NCBI GenBank assembly: GCA_963749495.1 | Contig: CAVVMW010000004.1 | Coordinates: 768,001 to 832,000, forward strand | DNA from: an uncultured bacterium | GTDB lineage: Bacteria > Verrucomicrobiota > Verrucomicrobiia > Limisphaerales > UBA8199 | Length of the DNA: 64,000 bases | Direction of reading: 5' to 3' | Shown here: one piece after another, positions 63,142 to 64,000 of the stretch | Layout of the letters: each line of letters begins with the position of its first letter | Position numbering within the stretch: position 1 is the first letter of the stretch | Position numbers and translations under genes: made by a program | The notes under the pieces: generated by a model | Seen by the model: only the letters and a program-made list of their open reading frames with translations | Database searches by the model: none | Told to the model about the DNA's origin: nothing

Positions 63142-63507
63142 CGCGGGGATTAAACAGGATTTTCGGGGCCAGCGCAAACCAAACCGAGCCAATTTTAGGA
63201 TGGCTACCAACGCCGTCCTCCGCTTCAAGCGCTGTATTGAGATTCGATGGTGACAGACGGCCGGCCTGCGGTTTGACCGATGGGGGCGGTGTGATTTCAC
63301 CCTCTGAACGCTGGAAACGTCTGGAAACCCTTGGAAAACCGAGCGCCAATGAGGTCTGGCCACGTCGCCCACCTTGGGGCGAGGGTTTGGGATGGGCCTG
63401 CCCCCAAAAAAAGGCCCAAAATGAAGGCTGACCGATGAAATATTCTTGTTCAACCTCAGAGTCATAAGTGGTTGCCACTCCAATGTTTATTTCAATACTT
63501 TAATCGA

Positions 63508-63740
63508 GGTCCACGGCTACCTTCACTGCGTTGCTCCGCGACGCGCGCGTTGCCTCCGGCTCACCGCGTAGCGGTGGCCGATGGTAGCCGTGGACTTCCA
63601 GTCCACGGGCCCATGGCCCAAGCTCGACCGCGTCGCGTAGCGACGACTGAAAACAGGATTGGATCCGCCACCGCCAGGTTGTCAGGCGTCGCTACGCGAC
63701 GCACGGCCATTCCCAGCTCCGAACCGTGGACCGAGGTCCT
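63508..63740. repeat. REPIN-like palindrome, CGTCGCGTAGCGACG family, copy 2
   Basis: gtagccgtggacttccagtccacgg, cgtcgcgtagcgacg...cgtcgctacgcgacg. Confidence 0.75.
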
Positions 63741-63870
63741 TGTCTTTGCCCACATCTTTTCACCGATCCTATCAGTTGCCCTTCTAAGCAGGCGGGAGAA
63801 ATGCCTGAGGAGCAGGCCGGTTTTAGCCGCCAAAGGGGCCCTTCATACCAGCCGGCGGCAACGCCCGGCC

Positions 63871-63968
63871 AACCCGGAGGGTTGGCAGAAGGTAGCCGGG
63901 GGTCGCCGTCCGGCGGCGACCCCCGGTTGAGGGCGTCGGAGGCCCTGCACCCCGGCGGGGTGCCAGAA
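63871..63968. repeat. REP-like element of a further family (partial)
   Basis: aacccggagggtt..tagccgggggtcg..cgacccccgg..gcaccccggcggggtgc. Confidence 0.55.
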
Positions 63969-64000
63969 GACCACGTGGGCAGTGGGCCGCCGTCTGGCAT

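Noticed and set aside
63142..63483. N-terminal extension of the helicase ORF
   Set aside because: Non-protein-like translation; MPTFAEYLEKW at 63141 is the more plausible start

Overview
GC-rich 64-kb bacterial chromosomal segment, most likely Verrucomicrobiota (Pedosphaerales/Limisphaerales-like). The basis is a GloVer-repeat protein, a prepilin-type DUF1559-like protein, secreted proteins ending in a 'RFYR' C-terminal domain and typical palindromic repeats. It is accessory, heavily churned DNA: secreted glycoside hydrolases (GH95, GH5-GH95 fusion, GH2, GH36, (alpha/alpha)6), 6-7 toxin-antitoxin loci of which several have lost the toxin, one intact 2044-bp IS with TIRs, a 6-bp TSD and a passenger AbrB-like gene, a 160-bp MITE, several REP/REPIN-like palindrome families and many gene remnants shortened by internal deletion. 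The right end (~56.86-63.3 kb) is a lower-GC island that starts at a tRNA-Ser-3'-like att remnant. It encodes a DUF4011/Hhe-like helicase-nuclease and a catalytically degenerate dCTP-deaminase-fold protein fused to a coiled coil and two TM helices, the best candidate here for an undescribed (anti-phage) system. Other highlights are a ModE box controlling a beta-barrel gene, a structured ~80-nt candidate sRNA and a shared, graftable C-terminal domain. About 11 single-base frameshifts are probably long-read assembly errors. No rRNA, intact tRNA or CRISPR array was seen.
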